Sequence record: PP856017.1 | Length of the DNA: 64,000 nt | Direction: 5' to 3' (one strand) | Notes under the pieces: generated by a model | What the model saw: the letters and a program-made list of their open reading frames with translations, nothing else | Database searches by the model: none | Told to the model about the DNA's origin: nothing | In this document: positions 10,414 through 20,432 of the stretch, piece by piece | Layout: each line of letters opens with the position of its first letter | Numbering within the stretch: the stretch's first letter is position 1 | Translations under genes and position numbers: made by a program

Positions 10414-11303
10414 TACTGCATCTCCTCTTCGGCCTTGTTGATTTTGTAAATCAACCCTTCCGACTTGTCGCGCAGGATTTTGATTTCCTTCTCGACTTGC
10501 GGGTTGGACTTGCCGGCATGCGCTTCTTCCAGGAGCAGGATGCGCGACTGGATGCGGCGGAGGTCTTCCTGCGCTTCCTTGTAACGCCATGCCTGGAATT
10601 CAGCGATCCACTTGCCGATGTGGAAGAACGGGTTCAGGCTGACCGGGATGAAGCCCAGTTTGAACGGGTCCATCTTCAGCCGGCCGAACAGCGCGTTGTT
10701 GTCGTCGCTGTCCACGTCGACCTTCACGTTCGGGATGTCGTCGAACTTCTTCTTGAAACCGTCGTCCGACAACGATGCGAGAACTTCCAGGAAGTACGGG
10801 AAACGAGCCTCGATCCAGGCAGCTTCGCCCTTCGTGAGGTTGTCCTTCTGGTAGTCTTCGTACATGCCGATAGCGTCGGTCTCGTACACCGTGACAGCCT
10901 CGATGAACTTGCGGATAAAGCGGTTCAGAAACGCCGCATTGTCCACCATTTGCATCATGACTGCCGAGCGATGGTCGATCGTCTGCTGCGACACCGTTTC
11001 GGGCATCGACTTGTGGATTTCCTGAGCCAGGATATCCAGGTTCTTCTGAACCTTATGGATGCGATCCTTCAGGTCTTCGATGGTCGACGCGTTGCGTCCC
11101 AGACGGAATGCTTCGCGATACCGCTCATCGTAACCGATGACCACTTCCGACTTCGGCTTGATCGTTTTGAATGCCGCCGAGGCTGTACCGACGATGGGAA
11201 CGACTTTGGTGCTCAGGTCTTGCTGAACCACGTCCAGCGAGTTGAGCACCTCGTCCTTACTCGTCACACCCTTGAGCGACTTGACGTATGCGTTGATGTT
11301 CAT
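10413..11303 (-). CDS. head/inner-body protein (gp90-like), about 296 aa
   Basis: Start MNINAYV at 11303; follows the gp89-like gene. Confidence 0.7.
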   Translation of the reverse strand: MNINAYVKSLKGVTSKDEVLNSLDVVQQDLSTKVVPIVGTASAAFKTIKPKSEVVIGYDERYREAFRLGRNASTIEDLKDRIHKVQKNLDILAQEIHKSMPETVSQQTIDHRSAVMMQMVDNAAFLNRFIRKFIEAVTVYETDAIGMYEDYQKDNLTKGEAAWIEARFPYFLEVLASLSDDGFKKKFDDIPNVKVDVDSDDNNALFGRLKMDPFKLGFIPVSLNPFFHIGKWIAEFQAWRYKEAQEDLRRIQSRILLLEEAHAGKSNPQVEKEIKILRDKSEGLIYKINKAEEEMQ

Positions 11304-11320
11304 GTTGGCGCGCCTTGCAG

Positions 11321-12418
11321 TTAGAAGCTCGGAGCGTTGCCGAGCTGGTATGCTTTCAGAATATCGGTGATCGAGGCACCTTCCTTCTGGTTGGACGCCT
11401 TGCATTCACGGATCGACAGATCGGACACCGACGGAATGCCGGTCGTGTAGAACTGCACACGGTCGTATTCCGGATCCATGACTGCCACGATGAACAGACC
11501 CGTCGCGTCGAACAACTTCTGACGTGCCTTGAAGTTGCTGAACTTGTCGTTCATCATGAGCTCGACCTTCTTGATGGTTTCCGTGGTGGTCACCATGAGG
11601 TTGGTCGAATTCGCAACCGACGGGTTCAACGACAGCAGGCCGGCGAAACGGTTGTTGCGACGTTGGTTCGAAAGAGCCGTGTAGACGCCGGACTTGTCCG
11701 ACATCAGGTTCTTCTTGTGCTCTTTCACCAGGTCACGTGCCGTGAGCAGATCGACCAGATTGATCTGACCGCTACGGTACTTGATCCAGCGCGTGGATAC
11801 GTCGTTGTCCACATGGCCCGTCGAGAGCAGCTTCGCGACGAGATCCGGCACCATCGTCGATGCTTGCAGACGGATCATGATCGGCAGCGTGCCCTTGTTG
11901 CCACCGGCAGAGATCTGAACTTCCAGAATCTTGCCAACGGACAGATTGCTCGCTTCTTTGATCACTTCGACCGAACGCCCCACCAAACCGCCCGGTTCGG
12001 AGATCTCGTTCGCACCGCCCAGCAGTTCCGTCGCTTCGTTCGAAACGGTGAAACGCGGCAGACGATGTTTGAAGCTTTCGTTGGACATGCTCCAGATTGC
12101 ACCGGCCGTATCGATCGCACTGTCCTTCGGCGAACGATTCGGGTTGAGTTTGTCCAGGTGGCGGGCAACGGCGATGTTGTCGATGGTGGCCTGGAGCATG
12201 TTCCAGGACAGCAGATAGTATGCCGAAAAAGCCGAATGCAGTGACTGGGTCACTGTGGGCGTATTTTCGTTGAAGAGCACACTGGAGTCGACGATCATCA
12301 ACGGCTCGACACGCGACGGACGGGTGTAATCGACGTACGAATCGGCAGTGCCCGAACGCAGTGCATCGATTACCTTGCCAGCCGTAACCAGGCCGGCTTC
12401 TCCAAGCTTTTCAAGCAT
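11321..12418 (-). CDS. head/inner-body protein (gp89-like)
   Basis: 365 aa; SNE processing-like sites (MSNES, VSNEA); divergent from the gp88-like gene. Confidence 0.7.
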   Translation of the reverse strand: MLEKLGEAGLVTAGKVIDALRSGTADSYVDYTRPSRVEPLMIVDSSVLFNENTPTVTQSLHSAFSAYYLLSWNMLQATIDNIAVARHLDKLNPNRSPKDSAIDTAGAIWSMSNESFKHRLPRFTVSNEATELLGGANEISEPGGLVGRSVEVIKEASNLSVGKILEVQISAGGNKGTLPIMIRLQASTMVPDLVAKLLSTGHVDNDVSTRWIKYRSGQINLVDLLTARDLVKEHKKNLMSDKSGVYTALSNQRRNNRFAGLLSLNPSVANSTNLMVTTTETIKKVELMMNDKFSNFKARQKLFDATGLFIVAVMDPEYDRVQFYTTGIPSVSDLSIRECKASNQKEGASITDILKAYQLGNAPSF

Positions 12419-12450
12419 GATTTCATTCCTCGGGATAACAGGACTTTAAA

Positions 12451-13719
12451 GTGGATAACAGATTAGATCTCACGATTGACCAGATCTATTCACTCGGTAA
12501 GAACGGGTCTGAGACCTTGCAGGCCGGGCTGGACCGAGTGTATAACTCGACCCCGCTCGGTCCGCTGCCGAGTAATATGGTCAACACGATTTACGGTATT
12601 AACCACCGACAGACTCAGCTGGCTTTGCCTTTCAACCGCGACAATTATGGTTTGACATTTTTTACGCGGCCACGGATGAACCTGACCACGAACAATCTTC
12701 GTTTTGTTAGGCAAATGTATCCGTTGTTGAACACGGAGCCAAGGTCTATTCAGCGGATTATTCGCTGCCTGCTGGATCCCTCACTGGCATATCCAGACAC
12801 GCAGTATACCAACATCCAACCTGTCAAATCGCCCTATGTGGACGATTTGAATATGTTTATTCCACTGCTGTCAAACCTTTGTCTGACAATTTCCGGCTGG
12901 CCTGATTTCGTCGTAGATACTCATACGACGCCCGAGGGACATTACCGGGAATCGCACAGCATGGTCGACAGCAGTGTAGAAATTAAAAACACATACGAAT
13001 TGTCGGCGTCCTTTCGGAACATACCGAATAATCCGGTCACATTATTGTTTTATTTCTGGATCTTCTACGCATCGAAGGTCTTCGAAGGTGAAATGATTCC
13101 GTACGGTTCTTCGCTGTACGAAAATGAGATCGATTACAACACGCGAATCTATCGCCTGGTTCTGGATCCAACCAAGCGTTACGTCCAGCACATCCTGTCG
13201 ACTGGAGCGGCTTTCCCCCTCAATGCTCCTGTTGGTGCGTTGGGTAACTTCGACCACGATCAGCCCTTCAATGAATCAGGGGACAACGTCAACATCCGCT
13301 TCCAATGTATCGGAATGGATTACAACGATCCGATCCAGATTCAGGAGTTTAACGCAGCTGTTGCGATCATGAATCCTGGCATGGACGACGCATACCGTGA
13401 CCAGTATTACATCAAGATTCCTTACCAGGTCCTCTCGTTCTTTAACATGCGCGGTTATCCTCGCATCGAAAAGAGCACGATGGAACTGGAGTGGTATGTG
13501 TCTTATGCCATGTTCCAGTCGTACGCTACTCAGTTGGCAGACTTCTCGAACATTGCTGGGGTACGCAACCAGACGTTCCTGCAATATATTTCCGCATCTG
13601 ATTCGTCTAATTATAAGCAAGCATTGGACAATCTGGATACCCAGAATCCGAATCAGTCGTTTAACGGTGGCATCATCCAGACCCCCGTCAATGGCGACAG
13701 TGGTTCATCACAGACTTAA
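12451..13719 (+). CDS. virion structural protein (gp88-like, putative tail/baseplate)
   Basis: 422 aa; GLTFFTRPRMNL motif; divergent arrangement as in phiKZ-like phages. Confidence 0.65.
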   Translation: MDNRLDLTIDQIYSLGKNGSETLQAGLDRVYNSTPLGPLPSNMVNTIYGINHRQTQLALPFNRDNYGLTFFTRPRMNLTTNNLRFVRQMYPLLNTEPRSIQRIIRCLLDPSLAYPDTQYTNIQPVKSPYVDDLNMFIPLLSNLCLTISGWPDFVVDTHTTPEGHYRESHSMVDSSVEIKNTYELSASFRNIPNNPVTLLFYFWIFYASKVFEGEMIPYGSSLYENEIDYNTRIYRLVLDPTKRYVQHILSTGAAFPLNAPVGALGNFDHDQPFNESGDNVNIRFQCIGMDYNDPIQIQEFNAAVAIMNPGMDDAYRDQYYIKIPYQVLSFFNMRGYPRIEKSTMELEWYVSYAMFQSYATQLADFSNIAGVRNQTFLQYISASDSSNYKQALDNLDTQNPNQSFNGGIIQTPVNGDSGSSQT

Positions 13720-13733
13720 ATTGGAGCCAGTTA

Positions 13734-16652
13734 ATGGGCACTATCCGTGACTTCATGGACGACGCGCTGGCCGCGTCGTATGACCCCAGCGGTCAATTCC
13801 GGGCTGCGATGCGAACGGTTACATCGATTATGAATGGAGAGATTGACGATATCTCTCCTGCCAATCCGGTGGTACTGTCGCTCGAAGTCCAGGCAGCACT
13901 CATTGCAGCGTTCACCGAGAACATGCAATCGGAAACGCGGCGGCTGTTGCAGGTAGCGGCCCTCACCCCCGAGGATCTCTATCCGCATATGGCGGACGTC
14001 CACTTCACCAACATCTTCAATCTGCCGGCAAGCACGACGTTCACACTGATTCTGGATAAGAAGGAAATCCTGAATGCGATGGTGCCCGTGCCCGGCACGA
14101 TGTCGAGTAAGGTGACGATTCCTCGTGATTCGTACTTCACGATCTCGGATTACGTCTTCGGTATTCACTATCCGATCGACATTATCCAGATGGTACACGG
14201 CGGCATTCGTGTTTCGTACGACACGAGCGAGCTCACCAAGCTTCAGGCGCTGTCGACCAACATCCTGAAGACGCGCGAAGTTCAGCGCGACGGCGTGACG
14301 TATCTGGCGATCGACATCGAGGTGTTTCAGTTCAACATCACGAGCAAGACGCCGACCGTTACGCAAGGTACGACTTTCAGCTACAACGTGGCGATCACGG
14401 ATCTGTACTACGCGACTCGTGTTTACATCACGAACGCTGATGGTTCGATCAGTGAGATCCCGGTCACCTACAGCACAAAGATCTACGACCCGCTGAATCC
14501 GTGCGCGGTGGTGCAGTTGCTCGATGGAGTGGTGAACGTTTCCATTCCTCAGATCTACATCAACAACCAGCAAGTGCTGGGTCAGTTGCGCATCGATGTC
14601 TACACGACGAAGGGTCCGCTTCAAACCGATTTCTCCAGCTATTCGATCGGCTCGATCGGATATCGCTTCAGAGACCTCGATAAGACGGCGGATACGACGT
14701 ATACGGCCCCGATGCAGCAATTGGATACCTGTACCATACTCGGCGAACAACCGGTCTCTGGCGGGGCTCTGGGCATGTCGTTCGATGAACTGCGTGCTGC
14801 GGTGATTGCTGATGCAATTGGCGATCCGACTCTGCCTATCACGCCAGCTCAGATCCAGAATTTCATCACGCGTCTGGGTTACGATGTGATCAAGAACACC
14901 GACATCGTCACCGACCGTGTGTTTCTGGGTACGAAGAACATGCCTGACCCGACGGATCCGACGTTGCTGACAGCTGCGAATGCTTCTATCGAAACGATGA
15001 ATGCAGCGTTCACGGATCTGATCGGCAATTCGGCTGTCATCGACAACACAGCGGATTCGAATTCCATCACGCTTAAGCCTTCGGCTATTTACCAGCTGGT
15101 AGACGGCATGCTTCAGTTGGTGGACGATTCGGTCCTCGCTTCGATCAATGCAATGCGCAGCGATCTGAAGGCAACTTACGTGACGAATGGGAACTTCCTC
15201 TATTCGCCGTATTACTACGTGCTGGATAAGAGCAACAACCAGTTCCGTCTTGCGCCTTACTACCTCGACAACCCCACGGTTGAGTCGCAGACATTCGTCG
15301 ACGACAACGAAGGTACGCTCTTGCAGGTCAACACCAACGGCTACACGCTGGTGAAGACCGATACGGGCTACAAGCTCCAACTCACAGTCAAGTCCAACGA
15401 CGACTACAAGGCTTTGCAGGACACGGATGTTCAGTGTCTGCTGGGCTTCACGTCGCCGACTGAAGAAGACCCGTGCTGGCTGATGGGTACACTCTTCGGA
15501 ACGGATCCGACCAGCAAGGAACGGATCTGGGAATTCGACCTCACGAGCCAGTTTGCCATGGACGTGAACGATCGGATTGATTTCCGTAACTTCAAGATGT
15601 ACGACACGACCAACAAGACGATCTATTCGGATCTCTTGCAGGACTTCACGGTTATCTATGCGACGCAATCGCAAATGGGTAACCTGTTTGTGCCGGGACT
15701 GATCGACGCACTGCTGCCGCGTTATCTGACGGGCATGAACAGCAAGGCTATCTGCCAGGAAACCCTCTCGTTGCAGTTTGGTCAGGCTCTGTCGAATCTT
15801 TGGGCTCGTGCTCGTTCGGTTGCTTCCACGATCGAATACGAAACGTACCCGACCGATCAGATCTTGCGCTATCCGGACGATGTGTATAAGGTCGATCCAG
15901 CTACCAACAGCCAGATCTTCATGGTTGATGGTAAACCCACTCGTATTCTGCTTCATGCGAAGGGAGATCCTCAACTGGATGCAGATGGTAACCAGCAGAT
16001 CCAGTATCCGGCAGGTTCCATCGTCTACGACTACACGCAAACGCCTCCGGCGCCTATCGTGAAGAATGTTCGTTACCTGAAACACCGGTTCGAACTGTTC
16101 CTGATCGAAGGTGTGTATGCGTTCAGTAACGACGACATCGCTATCGCCTATCGCAACACTGTCGCTCAGACAGTGGCTTCGTGGGTGACGACGGACATGG
16201 TGGCGGTTCAGAAGGCTTCGATGGACAAGACGAATGTCTACTTCTATCCGAAGACCATCTTTGGCACCATCGAGGTGACGGTCGCTGACGGCATCATCCA
16301 GCAGATCTCGGCAGGTCAGCGTTTCGACGTGGCTCTGACTGTATCGAAAGAAGTCTATCAAAACGACGTGCTTCGTGCACAACTGGAAACTCAGACGACG
16401 ACAACCATCGCCACTTATCTGAAGAACCAGACGCTGGCAAACAGCGACATCGTTGAGAATCTGCGCATTGCGTATGGTGACGATGTGATGGATGCTCAAG
16501 TATCGCTCTTTGGCGATTCTGCGAACATCCCTGTCATGCAGTTGGTGAATCCGGTTCACTGTTGCGGTATTCGTAAACGCCTGGTTTCTCGTGATGACGA
16601 TAAACTGGTCGTGGAAGAAGACATCAACGTGACCTTCTCGATGATCCAGTAA
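13734..16652 (+). CDS. large virion structural protein (gp87-like, putative baseplate wedge)
   Basis: 972 aa with natural composition; followed by a bidirectional hairpin. Confidence 0.7.
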   Translation: MGTIRDFMDDALAASYDPSGQFRAAMRTVTSIMNGEIDDISPANPVVLSLEVQAALIAAFTENMQSETRRLLQVAALTPEDLYPHMADVHFTNIFNLPASTTFTLILDKKEILNAMVPVPGTMSSKVTIPRDSYFTISDYVFGIHYPIDIIQMVHGGIRVSYDTSELTKLQALSTNILKTREVQRDGVTYLAIDIEVFQFNITSKTPTVTQGTTFSYNVAITDLYYATRVYITNADGSISEIPVTYSTKIYDPLNPCAVVQLLDGVVNVSIPQIYINNQQVLGQLRIDVYTTKGPLQTDFSSYSIGSIGYRFRDLDKTADTTYTAPMQQLDTCTILGEQPVSGGALGMSFDELRAAVIADAIGDPTLPITPAQIQNFITRLGYDVIKNTDIVTDRVFLGTKNMPDPTDPTLLTAANASIETMNAAFTDLIGNSAVIDNTADSNSITLKPSAIYQLVDGMLQLVDDSVLASINAMRSDLKATYVTNGNFLYSPYYYVLDKSNNQFRLAPYYLDNPTVESQTFVDDNEGTLLQVNTNGYTLVKTDTGYKLQLTVKSNDDYKALQDTDVQCLLGFTSPTEEDPCWLMGTLFGTDPTSKERIWEFDLTSQFAMDVNDRIDFRNFKMYDTTNKTIYSDLLQDFTVIYATQSQMGNLFVPGLIDALLPRYLTGMNSKAICQETLSLQFGQALSNLWARARSVASTIEYETYPTDQILRYPDDVYKVDPATNSQIFMVDGKPTRILLHAKGDPQLDADGNQQIQYPAGSIVYDYTQTPPAPIVKNVRYLKHRFELFLIEGVYAFSNDDIAIAYRNTVAQTVASWVTTDMVAVQKASMDKTNVYFYPKTIFGTIEVTVADGIIQQISAGQRFDVALTVSKEVYQNDVLRAQLETQTTTTIATYLKNQTLANSDIVENLRIAYGDDVMDAQVSLFGDSANIPVMQLVNPVHCCGIRKRLVSRDDDKLVVEEDINVTFSMIQ

Positions 16653-16698
16653 CATAGCGAATCATACACACCTGGGCTTACGCCCAGGTGTGTATGCT
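16653..16698. terminator. bidirectional hairpin, 15-bp stem starting CATA and ending TATG
   Basis: catacacacctgggc-ttac-gcccaggtgtgtatg (16663-16696) between convergent genes. Confidence 0.8.
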
Positions 16699-16705
16699 CT
16701 TTCGT

Positions 16706-18523
16706 TTATTCTTTCTGACCAGTGATGATCTTCAAGGCTTTCTGCGCTTCTTCGTGTGACATGGTCACCGACGGCGCGTTTTCGTCGTCATCGTCCGAAC
16801 CACCGAAGGAAACCTTCAGATGTTTGACGGAAACGAACGGCAGCATGTGCTGGTTGACCTGCGACTCACGAGCTTCTTTGCTCAGCTCCGACAGATCGTC
16901 CACAAGCTCTTCCAACGAAGGCGGAACCTGCTCTTTCACCTTGTTGTAAAGCGTCACGATGCTGGCTGCGTTTTTGCGCAGCGTATTGACGACATCAGCG
17001 GCGTTCTTGGTGACTTCCGTGTAAACACGGGAGATTTCCGAATACACACGCATCAGGCCTGCATAATCTTCGGTCAGCATACGCTGAAGCCCGATGATCG
17101 TATTCATGTTTTCTTTTTGAGCATACTTCGCAGCACGCTCTTCGTTCGACATCTCAGGGGTGATTTTGAAGTCACCGCCTTTGACTGCCTTCTGATAATC
17201 TTCGGCTTTCTTCTCCAGTTGCTGGAGAATAGGCTGGGACTTCTTCAGAAGTTCGATGAAGGTGATCATGCCGCGCCAGTCCACTTCCTTCAGACGACGA
17301 ACGCCCATCTGGTAACCGGTAAGCAGTTCTTCCAGGTCGTTGAAGTTAGGCTCGTTCGAACCAGCATCATGAATGCTGTCGCGAAGAGTCTGTGCCCATT
17401 CACCAACCGAATTGAAAGTCTTGGAACCGATCTTGAAAGTAGCCAGGTCGCCACCAGAAACATCAGCAACCGTTTTCAGGAGAGCCTGCTCTTTCACATT
17501 TGCGAAGAGATGCGCGGTATGACCGTAATCCGAGAAGCCGGAACTCATCTCTTTGCCGATGCTGAATGCTTCTTCCAGCGCCTGCAGACGGGAAAGCATC
17601 AGATGGCTGTAGCTGTTGAAACCTTCGAACGAATGGGTGATGAGACTCATTGCGTCGCTACGTTCGAGTGCGAAAACAACCCGTGCGTACCGGCTCGGCT
17701 TTCTCATGTATTCCAGTACTTGCGAACCACCTTCGAGTCCGGTCAGAACGTCGATCAGATTGATTTTCAGGAAGTGTTCATGCTTCGGCTGAGGATCGAT
17801 CTTAACGTTGTCCAACAGATCCGGAATTTCGTCCATGATCTGTTTCTGAAGCGGTTCCGGCAACGATGAGTTGCGGATCATTTCATGACTGATCGCATTG
17901 GGCATGCGAACGTTAAGCGTCTTGCCATGAGCATCGCGAACGGTTTTGGATGTGCGTTCGAGGACCTTTTCCTGCTGGTCCACTTTCTTTTCAGACTCGC
18001 GAATGCCCTGCTCCACTTTGTCGAGTGAAGCACCACCGCCGCTGGACGAACCGCCCGTACCGCCGAACATCCAGTTGATGAACTTGTAGATGATGGCTGC
18101 GAGGAAAGCAGCAGCAGCTGCAATCACGACCCACATCTGAGTGGAGATTGACTCCAGGCTCGGATGATAGCCGACGCCGGAAATGACTTCGGTGAAACCG
18201 TTGGGTTTCACGAATGATTCCATATCTGGCACCAGTTCAAGCAGTTCATAAGCCATACCGCGACTCATGCCTTTGGCCTTCATCATGCGATCATGGAAAT
18301 CGACCAGGCGATTGATGTAGGCTTCAGTGGAGATGATCAGATCGATATCGTCCTTCATGTCCGGGAGTTCGTTGGCGAGCTCCGGTTGTTTGAAGTAATC
18401 GACGTCGGGCATTTCAAAACCACTGTTGGGACCACCCTCAGCTGCAGACTTCATGGCTGCAGCGCGGATGTCCTCGGTATCGTTGAACTTGTCCCACGTG
18501 AAAAGTGAATCACCGTGCATCAT
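16706..18523 (-). CDS. internal head protein paralog with a hydrophobic segment after the SLE site
   Basis: STE/SLE sites, then MWVVIAAAAAFLAAIIYKFINWMFGG. Confidence 0.7.
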   Translation of the reverse strand: MMHGDSLFTWDKFNDTEDIRAAAMKSAAEGGPNSGFEMPDVDYFKQPELANELPDMKDDIDLIISTEAYINRLVDFHDRMMKAKGMSRGMAYELLELVPDMESFVKPNGFTEVISGVGYHPSLESISTQMWVVIAAAAAFLAAIIYKFINWMFGGTGGSSSGGGASLDKVEQGIRESEKKVDQQEKVLERTSKTVRDAHGKTLNVRMPNAISHEMIRNSSLPEPLQKQIMDEIPDLLDNVKIDPQPKHEHFLKINLIDVLTGLEGGSQVLEYMRKPSRYARVVFALERSDAMSLITHSFEGFNSYSHLMLSRLQALEEAFSIGKEMSSGFSDYGHTAHLFANVKEQALLKTVADVSGGDLATFKIGSKTFNSVGEWAQTLRDSIHDAGSNEPNFNDLEELLTGYQMGVRRLKEVDWRGMITFIELLKKSQPILQQLEKKAEDYQKAVKGGDFKITPEMSNEERAAKYAQKENMNTIIGLQRMLTEDYAGLMRVYSEISRVYTEVTKNAADVVNTLRKNAASIVTLYNKVKEQVPPSLEELVDDLSELSKEARESQVNQHMLPFVSVKHLKVSFGGSDDDDENAPSVTMSHEEAQKALKIITGQKE

Positions 18524-18534
18524 GGCGAATCACC

Positions 18535-19011
18535 TCAGGTGAGCGAGATCTTGTTGCTGTCGCGAAGCTTGCTGATGAGCAGGTTCGCCAGTTGCAACAC
18601 GCGAGCGGCGCCCATGCCCGTTGCCTTGATCGCTTCCCAGACTTCGACCGGCATGACCGGAGCGAGTCCCAATGCGGTTGCCAGAAAGTCGAATTCCGGG
18701 TTGGCATTGTAGTCGCACGCATCGCCGTTCAGGATACGGCTGCGCAACAGGAACATCATCTTGGCCGCGTCCACAGCACACGGTACGTCGATGAGCAGTT
18801 CCTCGTTCAGGAACGACACCGTACGCGCCACGTTGCCAGCATGCGCATCTGCGAAGACGGTAACCGGATTCAGTTCGTGACCGTACTTCGGGATGAGGTG
18901 ATTGCCGATTGCCATGCCCACGAGCACGGGCAGGATCAAACGGCGGTTCACGGTGTCCGGGAGCATCAATGCTGCTTTGCCCGCGAACTCTTGAATTTCG
19001 AGATTCTGCAT
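18535..19011 (-). CDS. conserved hypothetical protein (gp85-like by synteny)
   Basis: 158 aa between structural genes. Confidence 0.6.
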   Translation of the reverse strand: MQNLEIQEFAGKAALMLPDTVNRRLILPVLVGMAIGNHLIPKYGHELNPVTVFADAHAGNVARTVSFLNEELLIDVPCAVDAAKMMFLLRSRILNGDACDYNANPEFDFLATALGLAPVMPVEVWEAIKATGMGAARVLQLANLLISKLRDSNKISLT

Positions 19012-19027
19012 GATGGGTTACCTGTTG

Positions 19028-20338
19028 TTAGGCGTTGCGGAATTTGTTGGCGTAATAGAAGAGCTTGTTCGATGCCATCTCTTCCAGGCTTTGTTGGAAT
19101 TCGATCTGCTTGCGCTTGTTGACGCCCGACGGAATCAGGTAGTCGTAGACCAGGCCCACCAACTGGGTGTGATCCTTGAATTTTTTGTTGGTCTCATCGA
19201 TGATGTCGATGTCCTGACGGATACGTGCCGAATCTTCCTTCGGCAGAGTCGGATCCTTCAGTTCTTCAACCAGCTGGTTGCGAATGCGCGTGAAGCGCGC
19301 ACCTGCCTTGTCGTACCAGTCGTGATGGCTGTCGGCCAGCAGAAGACCTGCGAGCAGGGCAAACGTCGTGTATGCTCCGTAAAGCTGACCGGTCGCGATC
19401 TCGAACACGCCCAAGGCCAGCACTGCCAGCTTGACGAATTCCAGGAAGAAATAACCCGCCCAACCGCGACGATAGATCGTGCCCTTGTACATCTTGTCCA
19501 GAGCCGTGACGAGGTCCTTGCCCGCACCATGACGCGTAGCGAACTGATCCGACAGAGCTTCGAAGCTGTTGATGTCGTAGCCTTCCACACCTGACTGGCT
19601 ACGGTTCTTGCGTGCCAGGTTCGTGATGATGACCGTGTACACCGTCGTGTTGTTCTTGTTGCTCAGATCGGTTGCATCGACGTTCTGCAAGGAGAGCATT
19701 TCGCCAGCTTCCTTGATGATCATTTCGCGTCGACCATGATCTTGCGTACCGTCGAGTTCACGCGCGAGCGTGATGAGGATCTGGTTGGTCGTGCGGAAAC
19801 GGATCAGGTGTTCATAGAACGACCAGACGTGACCGACTTCGTGCAGGATGATCGCTGAGATTTCCGGGCTCGAATATTCACGGCCATCGAAGATCTTGTA
19901 CAGCAGACCCTTGTTGCCGTAGATCATCGGCGCGTTCAGATACATCTTGATTGGCGGCAGATCCGCGAGGTAGCCGTCTACCCAGCTGGCGTTGGGATCC
20001 AGGAATGCGCGCACTTCTTTGTCCTGGCTCTTACGGATGTCTGCAAGACTGCGCTTGGAGAGCGTGGTGTCTTTCCAGCCGTAGCCTTCCAGCAGCGGGC
20101 TGTTCTTGTCGATGTGCGGGGGTTCCGTCATCATCGGCATATCAGCGACAGTGATGTCGAAGCTGATATTGGTGTTGTCTTTGATGCATTTTGCGACTGC
20201 GATTTCGAGCTCGGTGCGAGCATTACCGTCGCTGCTGGTACGGTACTTGTCGATGATCGCCGTCATCTCGCGGTGAAAGCGATCGTTCTGGAACGCGATG
20301 CTCTCCGGCGAGTAGATGGGGTTGATGGTGTGGAACAT
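19028..20338 (-). CDS. virion protein with zincin HExxH motif, M48-like metallopeptidase (gp84-like)
   Basis: ILHEVGH, downstream EALSDQFA, hydrophobic membrane-like segment. Confidence 0.65.
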   Translation of the reverse strand: MFHTINPIYSPESIAFQNDRFHREMTAIIDKYRTSSDGNARTELEIAVAKCIKDNTNISFDITVADMPMMTEPPHIDKNSPLLEGYGWKDTTLSKRSLADIRKSQDKEVRAFLDPNASWVDGYLADLPPIKMYLNAPMIYGNKGLLYKIFDGREYSSPEISAIILHEVGHVWSFYEHLIRFRTTNQILITLARELDGTQDHGRREMIIKEAGEMLSLQNVDATDLSNKNNTTVYTVIITNLARKNRSQSGVEGYDINSFEALSDQFATRHGAGKDLVTALDKMYKGTIYRRGWAGYFFLEFVKLAVLALGVFEIATGQLYGAYTTFALLAGLLLADSHHDWYDKAGARFTRIRNQLVEELKDPTLPKEDSARIRQDIDIIDETNKKFKDHTQLVGLVYDYLIPSGVNKRKQIEFQQSLEEMASNKLFYYANKFRNA

Positions 20339-20432
20339 TTGGCCGACCTTTTGTCAACGGTAATTAAAAATCAGACGACACAATGATGTGCCCGAAATTG
20401 TCCTATGCCTCATAAAAAAGGTGCGAAACCGC

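Noticed and set aside
10414-10590. Extended start of the 252-aa ORF
   Set aside because: Lies inside the gp90-like gene; TAATG coupling at 10413 gives the natural start
13731-16655. 974-aa minus-strand ORF
   Set aside because: Exact antisense shadow of the 972-aa structural gene; Arg/His/Val-rich unnatural composition caused by codon bias
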